This document shows, piece after piece, positions 39,702-48,523 of a stretch of 48,523 bases of DNA (positions within the stretch are counted from its first letter, which is position 1; every line of letters starts with the position of its first letter). The stretch comes from Cyanobacteria bacterium P01_A01_bin.123 (lineage in GTDB: Bacteria > Cyanobacteriota > Cyanobacteriia > Phormidesmidales > Phormidesmidaceae). The stretch covers positions 1-48,523 of the forward strand of contig JBCBZT010000057.1 of the NCBI GenBank assembly GCA_039815185.1, written 5' to 3'. The notes below the pieces were generated by a model. That model did not search any database. It was not told the DNA's origin and saw only the letters and a list, made by a program, of their open reading frames with translations. The translations under genes and the position numbers were made by a program.

Positions 39702-41126
39702 ATGGTCGAACCCAGTCTGAGACACCGCCTTAATCGTTGGATTCAGTTGCCCCTGGTGGAATACACCTTAATTGGCATGATTTTGGTGTCGGTCGGGTTG
39801 GTTGTCGCAGAGGTAATTGTCGAACCTCAAACGACTCTGTTTCAATGGGTTCGAGCGATTCAGGGAATCCTCACGGGCATTTTTATCGTTGAGTTGGGGG
39901 TGCGCTTCGCGATCGCCACCAAAAAACGCCGCTTCTTTCGCAATTACTGGCTCGATATCTTAGCGGTGATTCCCTTCGTTCATGCCTTCCGGTTATTGCG
40001 ACTGCTGCGGTTGTTGCGATTGTTGCGGGCTGGTATTTTGCTTAACCGCAATCTCAATCGTTTGTCTTCCACGCTGGCAGCCAGCATTGGGGCTCAAGTG
40101 GGGGTATTTGTGGTGATCGGTTTGATTACCCTGGTCGGCGGGTTGGGAATTTATTTAATTGAAGGCCAGCAAGATTCGCGGTTTGACTCTTTGCGAGAAG
40201 CCTTTTGGTGGAGCTTTTTGACCCTGGTAGCCGGGGAACCGATTGGCGGTGATCCGCGATCGGATGGCGGGCGAGCGATCGCGCTGATTGTGATGATGGG
40301 TGGCCTCACAACCTTTGCAGTGTTTACTGGGGTGGTATCGGCAGTGATGATTCAACGGTTAAAAACAGTGATGGAGTTTAAGGCAGTGGAACTGGATGAA
40401 CTGCGCGGCCATATTGTGATTTGCGGCTGGAATCGGGAAGGGCACTTGATTGTAGAAGAATTGCTGGCCGAGAAGGAGTTGGCCCATACCGCGATCGCGA
40501 TTGTGGCTGAATTCACCGAAACCCCAGAAAAAGACCTCAGACACCTAAATCTCTCCCAACTTTTTTTCTACAGCGGGGATTACACTGCCATTGATGTCTT
40601 AGAGAGCATCGGCATCTACAACGCCTCCCGCGCCATCTTGCTGGCCGATGATAGCCGCCCCCGCACCGACCAAGACCGCGATGCCCGCACCGTCCTCGCT
40701 GCTCTCACTATCGAAAAACTCAATCCCAATATCTACACTTGCGCCCAACTGCTCAATCGCAAAAATGATGTCCAGCTCAAAATTGCCGGGGTCGATGACA
40801 TCATCGTCGCCACCGAAGTGACCAGTCACCTAATCGCCACCTCTATTCGTAATCAAGGCTTTGTGGGCGTGCTCTCAGAGTTGCTCACCGTACAGACTGG
40901 CAATCAGTTTTATCGTGTACCGCTGCCCTCGTCTTGGGTTGGACAAACCTGCTTCACCATCAGCCAGCAATTGCAGCAACAGTTTGACAGCATCTTGATT
41001 GCCGTTGAAACCACTGCTGATGGCAGCTCACCCCAGACTCAAATCAATCCGCCTAAAGATAGGCAGATGCAAAACCGCGATCGCTTAATCGTAATCGCCC
41101 CGCGATCGCCCCAGTTGCCTCAATAA
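39702..41126 (+). CDS. 6TM voltage-sensor ion channel with RCK (TrkA_N) domain
   Basis: S4 FRLLRLLRLLRLLR, pore helix AFWWSFLTL, HIVICGWN, DARTVLAALTI. Confidence 0.88.
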   Translation: MVEPSLRHRLNRWIQLPLVEYTLIGMILVSVGLVVAEVIVEPQTTLFQWVRAIQGILTGIFIVELGVRFAIATKKRRFFRNYWLDILAVIPFVHAFRLLRLLRLLRLLRAGILLNRNLNRLSSTLAASIGAQVGVFVVIGLITLVGGLGIYLIEGQQDSRFDSLREAFWWSFLTLVAGEPIGGDPRSDGGRAIALIVMMGGLTTFAVFTGVVSAVMIQRLKTVMEFKAVELDELRGHIVICGWNREGHLIVEELLAEKELAHTAIAIVAEFTETPEKDLRHLNLSQLFFYSGDYTAIDVLESIGIYNASRAILLADDSRPRTDQDRDARTVLAALTIEKLNPNIYTCAQLLNRKNDVQLKIAGVDDIIVATEVTSHLIATSIRNQGFVGVLSELLTVQTGNQFYRVPLPSSWVGQTCFTISQQLQQQFDSILIAVETTADGSSPQTQINPPKDRQMQNRDRLIVIAPRSPQLPQ

Positions 41127-41206
41127 ACCACGTCCATATCCAGATCCCTAGTAGGGGCGAGGGGCCTCTCGCCCCTACTGTAGATTTCAAATCGGACGTG
41201 GCTTGA
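41124..41206. repeat. Copy D of the miniature element, containing a GTAG-type REP hairpin
   Basis: TAAACCACGTCCATATCCAGATCC-TAGTAGGGGCGAGGGGCCTCTCGCCCCTAC-...AAATCGGACGTGGCTTG; its first TAA is the channel stop codon. Confidence 0.8.
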
Positions 41207-41267
41207 ACCACCAATCCAACACAAACAGCGAAACCAAATAAAAATAAATGTAAACAATGTATTTTTC

Positions 41268-41300
41268 GTATCATTGGTTACAGAATTAAATTTGTATAAT
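41268..41300 (+). promoter_or_regulatory. NtcA site and -10 box of gifA
   Basis: GTA-TCATTGGT-TAC (41268-41281) just upstream of TATAAT (41295-41300), a repressor-type position as known for gif genes. Confidence 0.8.
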
Positions 41301-41356
41301 TATCTAAGAAACGATTTTCAACCAATCCTTTCAAATATCTATAGGAGAACACCGCC

Positions 41357-41557
41357 ATGTCTGCACAAGATCAAGCTCGGGCTTTGATGATGCGTCACCA
41401 CCACGCTATCAAGCAGCGTCAACAAGCCATGCTCAGCCGGACAAACACTGAAATTGGCATGCCTTCTGAAGTTGCAGAATACTGGAGCCATATTCAGGGC
41501 AAGCCTACTGCCAGTGCTAGCCGCTCCTATGATCGTAGCGGTTCCGCGCTCAGCTAG
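41357..41557 (+). CDS. gifA: Glutamine synthetase inactivating factor IF7
   Basis: QARALMMRHH..IK.RQQ.MLSR...EIG...W..IQGKP....YDRS...LS; AGGAG RBS. Confidence 0.93.
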   Translation: MSAQDQARALMMRHHHAIKQRQQAMLSRTNTEIGMPSEVAEYWSHIQGKPTASASRSYDRSGSALS

Positions 41558-41581
41558 TTGGTCGTTGGGTTTGCGTTAAAC

Positions 41582-41614
41582 AGAAACCGGGTTTCTTGAA
41601 GAAACCCGGTTTCT
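41582..41614. terminator. Palindromic repeat / terminator after gifA
   Basis: AGAAACCGGGTTTCT-TGA-AGAAACCCGGTTTCT. Confidence 0.75.
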
Positions 41615-41693
41615 GTGTGTAGGCGTGTAGTCAAGTTGGATTTGATGGGTGATTGATAACGTTTGTTCGCGATCGCCCATATCTAGGCAGTAT

Positions 41694-41728
41694 CAGACCC
41701 CAGGATTTTCAGAAAACCCTGGGGTTTG
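41694..41728. repeat. REP-like palindrome left of the repeat-peptide gene
   Basis: CAGACCCCAGGATTTTCAGAAAACCCTGGGGTTTG. Confidence 0.7.
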
Positions 41729-41916
41729 TTCATATTCCCAGCTTGTGAATTTTTCCTGAGGACAGCGTTAAATGGTTCTTCATAACTTCTAATTCAGGCA
41801 TCACCTCACCTACCAATGACCTTGTTAACTTAAAGATGTCAAGCAAACAACATCCGAATTAAAGATTATTGCTTCGGATGTGAAACGTTTCAAATTATCC
41901 ATTGGAGGAACCCAAA

Positions 41917-42327
41917 ATGTCTGACATCAAAACCCAAAACAACGATCAAATTTCTGATGATCAACTCGGTCAAATTTCTGGTGGTGTTGACTTCGACCAA
42001 CTGCGCCGCGAAAACCTCGATAAAGACGCTGTAGATTTTGACCAGTTGCGTCGTGAAAATCTTGATAAAGATGCACTCTCTGACGACCAACTCGGTCAAG
42101 TTTCTGGTGGTGTTGACTTCGACCAACTGCGTCGTGAAAACCTCGATAAAGATGCTGTAGATTTTGACCAACTGCGTCGTGAAAACCTTGATAAAGATGC
42201 GCTTTCTGATGAGCAACTTGGTCAAGTCGTGGGTGGCGTTAACTTCGACCAACTGCGCCGCGAAAACCTCGATAAAGACGCTGTAAATTTTGATCAACTG
42301 CGTCGCGAAAACTTGGATAAAGACTAA
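41917..42327 (+). CDS. Multi-core peptide precursor: 3 x [double-Gly leader + 2 x V(D/N)FDQLRRENLDKDA]
   Basis: GGAGGA RBS at 41904-41909; 126-bp super-repeats with mostly synonymous differences; (I/L)SD(D/E)QLGQ(I/V)(S/V)GG leaders. Confidence 0.85.
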   Translation: MSDIKTQNNDQISDDQLGQISGGVDFDQLRRENLDKDAVDFDQLRRENLDKDALSDDQLGQVSGGVDFDQLRRENLDKDAVDFDQLRRENLDKDALSDEQLGQVVGGVNFDQLRRENLDKDAVNFDQLRRENLDKD

Positions 42328-42410
42328 GACTCAAGTCATTTGGATATTGATCTTATCCGCTTGTCTGTCTTATTCAAGGATTATGTGCGCCATCGCTATT
42401 AAGTTGTGTC

Positions 42411-42443
42411 AGAACCCTGGGTTTTCAGAAAACCCAGGGTTCT
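42411..42443. repeat. REP-like palindrome / bidirectional terminator between the peptide gene and metH
   Basis: AGAACCCTGGGTTTTC-A-GAAAACCCAGGGTTCT, perfect 16-bp arms. Confidence 0.75.
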
Positions 42444-42459
42444 TGATATGCTTCAGTTT

Positions 42460-45400
42460 TTAAGCACTGAAATACTTCGCCACCGGATGATAGGCCATAA
42501 TCGCCGTTGTAGACTGCTCCGGATAAAGCTGTTCACTTTCATCCATCGTCATACCAATGCGATCGACTTGCAGCAGGTCAAGCTGAGTGTATTGATCGGC
42601 CATGTTAGGACAAGCCGGATACCCGAAGCTGTAGCGTGACCCTTGATAGCGCTGTTGCAGCACATCGCGAATATTGTCCGGTTCCAAGTCGCCGTAGCCC
42701 AGTTCTTTGCGGATGGCTGCGTGGCACCATTCCGCCAGCGCTTCCGCCATTTGCACTGCCAGTCCGTGGTAGTACAAATAATCCGTGTACTGGTCCGCCG
42801 CAAATAGCTGTTGTCCGTATTCCGTAGCAATCTTCCCGACAGTGACGGCCTGCATGGGGAACACATCGAACTGGCCTGGCTTTGCTTGATCTTTGGGCAG
42901 GAAAAAGTCAGCGATGCACAACCGACGGCCTGACTTTTGCCGGGGAAACTCAAAGGACGCGATCGCCTCGGGATGTTCTGCTAAAGGCTGAGATGCAGAT
43001 ACAAGCACCGGATCATAAATGTACAGCGTATTGCCCTCTGCCAAACAGGGGAAATAGCCATAGACTAGCTGGGGAGCTAGCAGGTTCTCATCCAAGACTT
43101 TTTGCTTCCAGTGGGTCAGCACGGGATAAACCTTGTCTTGTAAGAAGACATCGTATTCTTCCCGTGACTGATCTTTCGGTTTGCGGAACTGCCACTGCCC
43201 AGCAATCAGTGCCTGTAAGTCTAGGTAGTCGTACACCTCAGCCAGCGGGATATCGGCTGAGGTCAGGATACGAGTGCCCCAAAACGGGGGGGTAGGGCGG
43301 GGGATGTCAACAGGGACTGCCTCGGAGCGATGGGTGTCGGGGGGGGATAGGGAGAGGGGGGAAGAGGGGGAGATCGCTTCAGTTGCTAATTTTGCCGTGC
43401 CGTTACTGTGATTGCCGGGTGCCTCTGCTTCGTCTAAAAAGCCTTGCAGATCGTCCCAATTGTCATTGGCTTTGGCCGGCATCAGCTTATCCATAAAGTG
43501 GAGGTCAGAGAAGGCATCTTTGCCGTAAATCACTCGCCCGTTGTAGGTATCTTGGCAATCTCCGTGGACAAACTTAGGCGTCAGCGCTGCCCCACCCAAA
43601 ATCACGGGGACGGTGATCCCAGATTCATTGAAGGTGGCCAAGTTGTCTTTCATAAAGGCGGTAGATTTCACCAGCAGGCCGCTCATAGCAATGCAGTCGG
43701 CGTTGTGTTCTTGGTAGGCAGCGATGATGTTGTCTACGGGTTGTTTGATGCCCAAGTTGACGACCTTATAGCCGTTGTTTGACAAAATAATATCGACCAG
43801 ATTTTTACCAATGTCGTGGACGTCCCCTTTCACCGTGGCGATAACGACTGTCCCTTTACCACTACCGTCACTGTCAGCTTTATCCATAAAGGGTTCTAGA
43901 TGGGCAACAGCAGCTTTCATCGTTTGGGCCGATTGCAGCACAAACGGTAACTGCATCTGCCCGGAGCCAAATAACTCACCGACCACCTTCATGCCATCCA
44001 ATAAGAAGGTGTTGATGATATCTAGGGGCGGATGGATTTCCATCGCTTGATCGAGCGCGTCTTCTAATCCAATGCGTTCACCATCGATGATGTGCTGCTT
44101 CAACCGTTCTTCCAGGGGCAAATCTGCGTCCATCTGGCGAGTTTGCTTGGCAGTTTTGCCCTCGAACAGGGTGGTCAGTTTGATCAGCGGGTCGTAGGTA
44201 CAAATGTCGCCGTCAAATCCTCGGCGGTCGTAAATCAGATCGCGACAAATTTTTTGGTGGTCTTCATCGATTTTAGCTAAGGGCAAGATTTTGGCAGCGC
44301 TAACAATGGCCGCACCCATGCCAACCGCCATGGCATCGTGGAGGAACACCGAGTTGAGGGTGACCCGCGCCGCTGAGTTAAGGCCAAAGGAAATGTTGGA
44401 AACCCCCAGCAAAATGTGGCATCCCGGCAGGCGATCGCGGATTTGTCGAATGGCCTCAAGGGTTTCTTTGCCGTTAACCCGATCTTCTTCAATCCCGGTA
44501 GAGATGGGTAACGCCAGGGGATCAAAGAATAGTTCTGTAGGAGGAATGCCGTATTCCACCGCATCCCGATAAGCCCGCTGAGCGATGTCGAACTTCTTTT
44601 GACCCGTACGAGCCATGCCGTCTTCGTCGATAGTGCCCACCACTACCCCGGCACCATATTTTTTCGCGAGATCTAATACCTGGAAAAAACGCTCCTCGCC
44701 ATCTTCGTAGTTGGTGGAGTTAAGGATGCATTTACCCCCAGCCACTTTCAATCCGGCTTCCATTTTGGTCCACTCAGTGGAGTCGAGCATCAGTGGCAGG
44801 GTGACGTTATTGACCAGGCGAGAGGCCAGTTCGTGCATGTCTTTCTCGCCATCGCGACCCACATAGTCCACGTTGACATCTAAGATGTGTGCTCCCTCTT
44901 TGACCTGAGATTTTGCCAGGGAGACCAACCCATCCCAGTCTTCGGCATTGAGCATTTCCCGGCACTTTTTGGAACCGCTAGCGTTAAGCCGTTCACCCAC
45001 AATTAAGAATGAATTGTCTTGGTCGTAGGGTTGGACGCTGTAGATAGAGGCCGCTGAAGGACTGTAGTCTAAGGGGGCATAGGGGGGCACCGCTGCGCGA
45101 TCGCCGACAGGCCGAACTTTCGGCTTTAGCTCGCTAGAGAGTTCCACCAACTGCTGAATATGATCAGGACGGGTGCCGCAACAGCCACCAATCACCTGCA
45201 CCCCCAGATCTTCCACAAAGTGCATGAGCGCCATCCGCAATTCCATGGGCGTCAGGCGGTAATGGGCCTGTCCCCCGACGTTTTCAGGGAGTCCAGCATT
45301 GGGAATGCACGAAATCGTAAAGGGGGAATGCTCAGCAAGATACTTGATATGCTCTTTCATCTTGTCTGGGCCAGTGGCACAGTTGAGCCCCAAGATGTCA

Positions 45401-46062
45401 ATGTTGTAAGGTTCTAAAATCGTCAGTGCCGCCCCAATTTCTGTTCCGACCAGCATGGTGCCCATCACTTCCATCGTGATCGAGACCATCAACGGCAGGC
45501 GATCGCCCTTTTTCTCAAACACGGTCTCAATGGCGTTGAGGGCAGCTTTAATTTGCAGCACATCCTGGCAGGTTTCCACAATCAGCAAATCAGCCCCGCC
45601 GTCATAGAGTCCTTCGGCCTGTTCCACATAGGCATCTCGCAGGGTATCAAAATCGATATGGCCCAAGGTTGGTAACTTCGTCCCTGGCCCCATCGAGCCT
45701 GCCACAAAACGCGGTTTCTCTGGTGTCGAATACCGTGCTGCCATCGCCTTAGCAATTTCAGCCGCTTTGCGATTCAATTCGTAGGCTTTAGAGGCCAAAT
45801 CATACTCAGCCAACACGATAGAAGTCGCGCCAAAGGTGTCGGTTTCAATCACGTCTGCACCAACTTCTAAAAACCCCCGGTGTACTTGTTTGACGGCTTC
45901 AGGGTTAGTTTCCACCAGATACTCGTTGCAGCCTTCGTATTCAGGACCGCCAAAGTCTTCGGCAGTTAAGTTTTGGGCCTGGAGTGAGGTGCCTGTCGCT
46001 CCGTCAAAGACCAAGATGGGTTTAGCTGGGCTGTGCAGGTGATTGAGAAAGGCGCTGGGCAT
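42460..46062 (-). CDS. metH: Cobalamin-dependent methionine synthase
   Basis: [32 protein letters not shown]12 motif, [10 protein letters not shown]. Confidence 0.98.
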   Translation of the reverse strand: MPSAFLNHLHSPAKPILVFDGATGTSLQAQNLTAEDFGGPEYEGCNEYLVETNPEAVKQVHRGFLEVGADVIETDTFGATSIVLAEYDLASKAYELNRKAAEIAKAMAARYSTPEKPRFVAGSMGPGTKLPTLGHIDFDTLRDAYVEQAEGLYDGGADLLIVETCQDVLQIKAALNAIETVFEKKGDRLPLMVSITMEVMGTMLVGTEIGAALTILEPYNIDILGLNCATGPDKMKEHIKYLAEHSPFTISCIPNAGLPENVGGQAHYRLTPMELRMALMHFVEDLGVQVIGGCCGTRPDHIQQLVELSSELKPKVRPVGDRAAVPPYAPLDYSPSAASIYSVQPYDQDNSFLIVGERLNASGSKKCREMLNAEDWDGLVSLAKSQVKEGAHILDVNVDYVGRDGEKDMHELASRLVNNVTLPLMLDSTEWTKMEAGLKVAGGKCILNSTNYEDGEERFFQVLDLAKKYGAGVVVGTIDEDGMARTGQKKFDIAQRAYRDAVEYGIPPTELFFDPLALPISTGIEEDRVNGKETLEAIRQIRDRLPGCHILLGVSNISFGLNSAARVTLNSVFLHDAMAVGMGAAIVSAAKILPLAKIDEDHQKICRDLIYDRRGFDGDICTYDPLIKLTTLFEGKTAKQTRQMDADLPLEERLKQHIIDGERIGLEDALDQAMEIHPPLDIINTFLLDGMKVVGELFGSGQMQLPFVLQSAQTMKAAVAHLEPFMDKADSDGSGKGTVVIATVKGDVHDIGKNLVDIILSNNGYKVVNLGIKQPVDNIIAAYQEHNADCIAMSGLLVKSTAFMKDNLATFNESGITVPVILGGAALTPKFVHGDCQDTYNGRVIYGKDAFSDLHFMDKLMPAKANDNWDDLQGFLDEAEAPGNHSNGTAKLATEAISPSSPLSLSPPDTHRSEAVPVDIPRPTPPFWGTRILTSADIPLAEVYDYLDLQALIAGQWQFRKPKDQSREEYDVFLQDKVYPVLTHWKQKVLDENLLAPQLVYGYFPCLAEGNTLYIYDPVLVSASQPLAEHPEAIASFEFPRQKSGRRLCIADFFLPKDQAKPGQFDVFPMQAVTVGKIATEYGQQLFAADQYTDYLYYHGLAVQMAEALAEWCHAAIRKELGYGDLEPDNIRDVLQQRYQGSRYSFGYPACPNMADQYTQLDLLQVDRIGMTMDESEQLYPEQSTTAIMAYHPVAKYFSA

Positions 46063-46105
46063 AACGGCGATTGAGTCGAGCGTTGGGATTGGGCACTAAA
46101 TACAG

Positions 46106-46179
46106 CTAAACCACATCCAATTTGCAACCCTAAGTCTTAGACCAAGGAAAAACTGTGGATCTGGATGTGGACGCTGTAT
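46106..46179. repeat. Copy E (reversed) of the miniature element
   Basis: CTAAACCACATCCAATTT...GGATCTGGATGTGGACG. Confidence 0.8.
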
Positions 46180-46247
46180 GAATCTTTATTATCAACGATT
46201 TTGCAAAGCGATCGCGACAAGGAATCGTTCACCCCACTTAGACAGCC

Positions 46248-46316
46248 AGATCCCAGGGTTCTCGATATTAAGTTGTTAGGCTTCCCGACGATAAACTAGC
46301 CAGAACCCTGGGATCT
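46248..46316. repeat. 15-bp inverted repeat related to the 42411 palindrome
   Basis: AGATCCCAGGGTTCT...39 nt...AGAACCCTGGGATCT. Confidence 0.65.
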
Positions 46317-46448
46317 CCATCTCAAAGTTCACGCTGCGGCATTGAGCCATTTGTCAGGCTAGATCAACAAGATTTCAGTGAAACGTATAAGTTGGGCCGA
46401 TCGCGAAATATAGAATACGCGGAGGGAGTGGTTTGGAGTGGTGGGCTA

Positions 46449-48523
46449 ATGAACAGATTGGGGTGGCTGGTGATATTAGCGGTGACCTTAGTGGAGATGC
46501 CGTTCATAGCTTCTGCCAAAGCATCAACACCGATATACCAAAGCACCACTGAAACCAAGCAGACTAGCAATACAAATGTCCAATGGGCAGAAGCTGAACG
46601 ACTATTTCAGCAAGGGATTCAGCAATATCAAGTCAGTCAGTTTCAGTTAGCCTTAGAGTCTTGGCAGCAGGCTTTAGAGATTTATCGGGCAATCGGCGAT
46701 CGACAAGGGGAAGCAACTTCCCTTGGTAACCTGGGTCTTGCCTACTATGCCCTGGGCGACTATCCGCGTTCCATTGACTTCCATCAGCAATCCTTAGAAA
46801 TTGATCGGCAAATCGGCGATCGACAAGGGGAAGCCACTTCTCTCGATAACCTGGGCAATGCCTACTATGCCCTGGGCGAGTATCAGCGCGCCATTGACTT
46901 CCATCAGCAATCTTTAGATATCGCGCGACAAATCGGCGATCGACAAGGGGAAGCCTATTCCCTTGGTAATCTCGGCAATGCCTACTATTCCTTGGGAGAC
47001 TATCTACGTGCCATTGACTTTCATCAGCAATCTTTAGATACTGCACGACAAATCAGCGATCGACAAGGAGAAGCCTATTCCCTTGGTAATCTAGGCAATG
47101 CCTACTATTCCTTGGGCGACTATCCCCGCGCCATTAACTTTCATCAGCAATCTTTAGATATCGCGCGACAAATCGGCGATCGACAAGGGGAAGCCACTTC
47201 CCTTGGTAACCTGGGTCTTGCCTATCGCTACCTGGGCGAGTATCAGCGTGCCATTGACTTCCATCAGCAATCTTTAGATATCGCGCGACAAATTGGCGAT
47301 CGACAAGGGGAAACCATTGCTCTCAATAACCTGGGCAATGCCTACAATTCCCTGGGCGACTATCCACGCGCCATTGACTTCTATCAGCAATCACTAGAAA
47401 TTGCGCGACAAATCGGCGACCGCCGAGGAGAAGCTAATTCGCTCAATAACCTGGGCATTGCCTACTTGTCCCTAGGCGACTATCCACGTGCCATTGACTT
47501 CTATCAGCAATCACTAGAAATTGCGCGACAAATCGGCGATCGCTCGGGGGAAGCCGGGTCACTCAGTAACTTGGGCAATGCCTATCGCTCCCTGGGCGAC
47601 TATCAGCGCGCCATTGACTTCCATCAGCAATCTTTAGATATCGCGCGACAAATCGGCGATCGCCAAGGGGAAGCCACTTCCCTTGGTAACCTGGGCCTTG
47701 CCTACTATTCCTTGGGCGGATATCCGCGCGCCATTGACTTCCATCAGCAATCTTTAGATATCGCGCGACAAATCGGCGATCGCCAAGGGGAAGCAACTTC
47801 GCTCAACAACTTGGGTGCAGCCCTCCTCAATATCAATCAATTCGCCGCCGCAGAAACCACTCTCATCCAATCCATTGAAGTCTTTGAATTCCTGAGAGTT
47901 GATCTTTCCGATGCCCAAATCATCTCCATCGCTGACACCCAAGCATCTACCTACGCCAACTTAGAGACAGCTTTAGTCGCCCAAGGTAAACACACCGAAG
48001 CCCTCGCCATCACCGAACGCGGTCGCGCTCAAGCCTTCGCCCTCCAACTCGCCCTCCGCCAAAACAGCGACAACACTAAACCTCCCATTACCTATCCTTC
48101 AATCGCCGACATTCAACGCATTGCGGCAGAACAAAACGCTACCCTCGTCACCTACTCCTTGATCTTCGATCAATCACTCTACATCTGGGTTGTTTCACCC
48201 ACAGGCGACATCCAATTTCGCTCTGTTGAGTTCAATGGCGGCGATACTCCCAACGTCAATCCCATCGCCACCATCGATGGCCCGGTCTATCGTGGCGACT
48301 CAGCCCCCTCAGAACTTGACACTCTCGTGGCCGACTCGCGTTCAGGCATCGCGGTAGTCGGCGGCGGCATTCCTGATGAACGGCTCAAAGACCTGCATCA
48401 AATTTTGATCGATCCGATCGCAGACCTACTTCCCGCTGATTCTGAAGCCAACGTTGTTTTTGTACCCCAGGGCAGCTTGTTTCTCGTTCCCTTTGCAGCA
48501 TTGCAAGATGCTGACGGCACCTA
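46449..48523 (+). CDS. TPR-repeat / CHAT-domain protein (runs off the window end; absent from the ORF track)
   Basis: ATG 46449 MNRLGWLVILAVTLV..., AEAERLFQQG, 40-aa TPRs, TERGRAQAF, LYIWVV, LIDPIADLLP...VFVPQGSLFLVPFAAL. Confidence 0.92.
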   Translation, partial: MNRLGWLVILAVTLVEMPFIASAKASTPIYQSTTETKQTSNTNVQWAEAERLFQQGIQQYQVSQFQLALESWQQALEIYRAIGDRQGEATSLGNLGLAYYALGDYPRSIDFHQQSLEIDRQIGDRQGEATSLDNLGNAYYALGEYQRAIDFHQQSLDIARQIGDRQGEAYSLGNLGNAYYSLGDYLRAIDFHQQSLDTARQISDRQGEAYSLGNLGNAYYSLGDYPRAINFHQQSLDIARQIGDRQGEATSLGNLGLAYRYLGEYQRAIDFHQQSLDIARQIGDRQGETIALNNLGNAYNSLGDYPRAIDFYQQSLEIARQIGDRRGEANSLNNLGIAYLSLGDYPRAIDFYQQSLEIARQIGDRSGEAGSLSNLGNAYRSLGDYQRAIDFHQQSLDIARQIGDRQGEATSLGNLGLAYYSLGGYPRAIDFHQQSLDIARQIGDRQGEATSLNNLGAALLNINQFAAAETTLIQSIEVFEFLRVDLSDAQIISIADTQASTYANLETALVAQGKHTEALAITERGRAQAFALQLALRQNSDNTKPPITYPSIADIQRIAAEQNATLVTYSLIFDQSLYIWVVSPTGDIQFRSVEFNGGDTPNVNPIATIDGPVYRGDSAPSELDTLVADSRSGIAVVGGGIPDERLKDLHQILIDPIADLLPADSEANVVFVPQGSLFLVPFAALQDADGT
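46692..47771 (+). repeat. Nine 120-bp tandem TPR-coding repeats
   Basis: An ATCGGCGATCGACAAGGGGAA-like start recurs every 120 bp from 46692 to 47772. Confidence 0.95.

Noticed and set aside
41890..42297. 135-aa repetitive minus-strand ORF
   Set aside because: Antisense shadow of the peptide gene; the RBS and synonymous pattern favour the + strand
41950..42327. Regular 45/126-bp repeats as a CRISPR array or ncRNA array
   Set aside because: No unique spacers, the periods are multiples of 3, variation is synonymous in the + frame, and no cas genes are present
46063..46448. Cobalamin riboswitch upstream of metH
   Set aside because: No B12-box recognised; the structure here is explained by dispersed repeats
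46633..47942. Minus-strand repetitive ORFs; TPR repeats as a DGR target
   Set aside because: Shadows of the + strand TPR-CHAT gene; no reverse transcriptase or template repeat was seen in the window
1..48523. Abundant GCGATCGC octamers
   Set aside because: Known HIP1 repeat; used only as a taxonomic and foreign-DNA indicator

Overview
Chromosomal window from a cyanobacterium: the HIP1 octamer GCGATCGC is very frequent and gifA, crtD, cry-DASH and an SphS-like kinase are present. The gene style suggests a filamentous Leptolyngbya/Nodosilinea-like lineage (inference). Most genes are housekeeping (moaE, ldcA, hemA, bcp, FTR1, rluB-like, rodZ, cbiG-cobJ, malic enzyme, rsgA, crtD, gifA, metH). 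Accessory pieces include an AT-rich HEPN-type gene beside a Roc-COR remnant, a COX-like dioxygenase plus catalase-like oxylipin operon, and a TPR-CHAT gene running off the right end. Three signals stand out. (1) Two unlinked small genes 28 kb apart encode tandem copies of the same 15-aa unit (core FDQLRRENLDKD), one behind a Sec signal peptide and one built as 3x[double-glycine leader + 2 cores]; this is a candidate undescribed secreted-peptide system. (2) An unannotated 20-aa leader ORF with mutually exclusive hairpins upstream of rsgA is a candidate ribosome-dependent attenuator. (3) A six-copy family of 60-120 bp elements has conserved ends and variable cargo. No tRNA, rRNA, CRISPR array, integrase or transposase was recognised. 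All product calls come from motif recognition by eye, without database searches.
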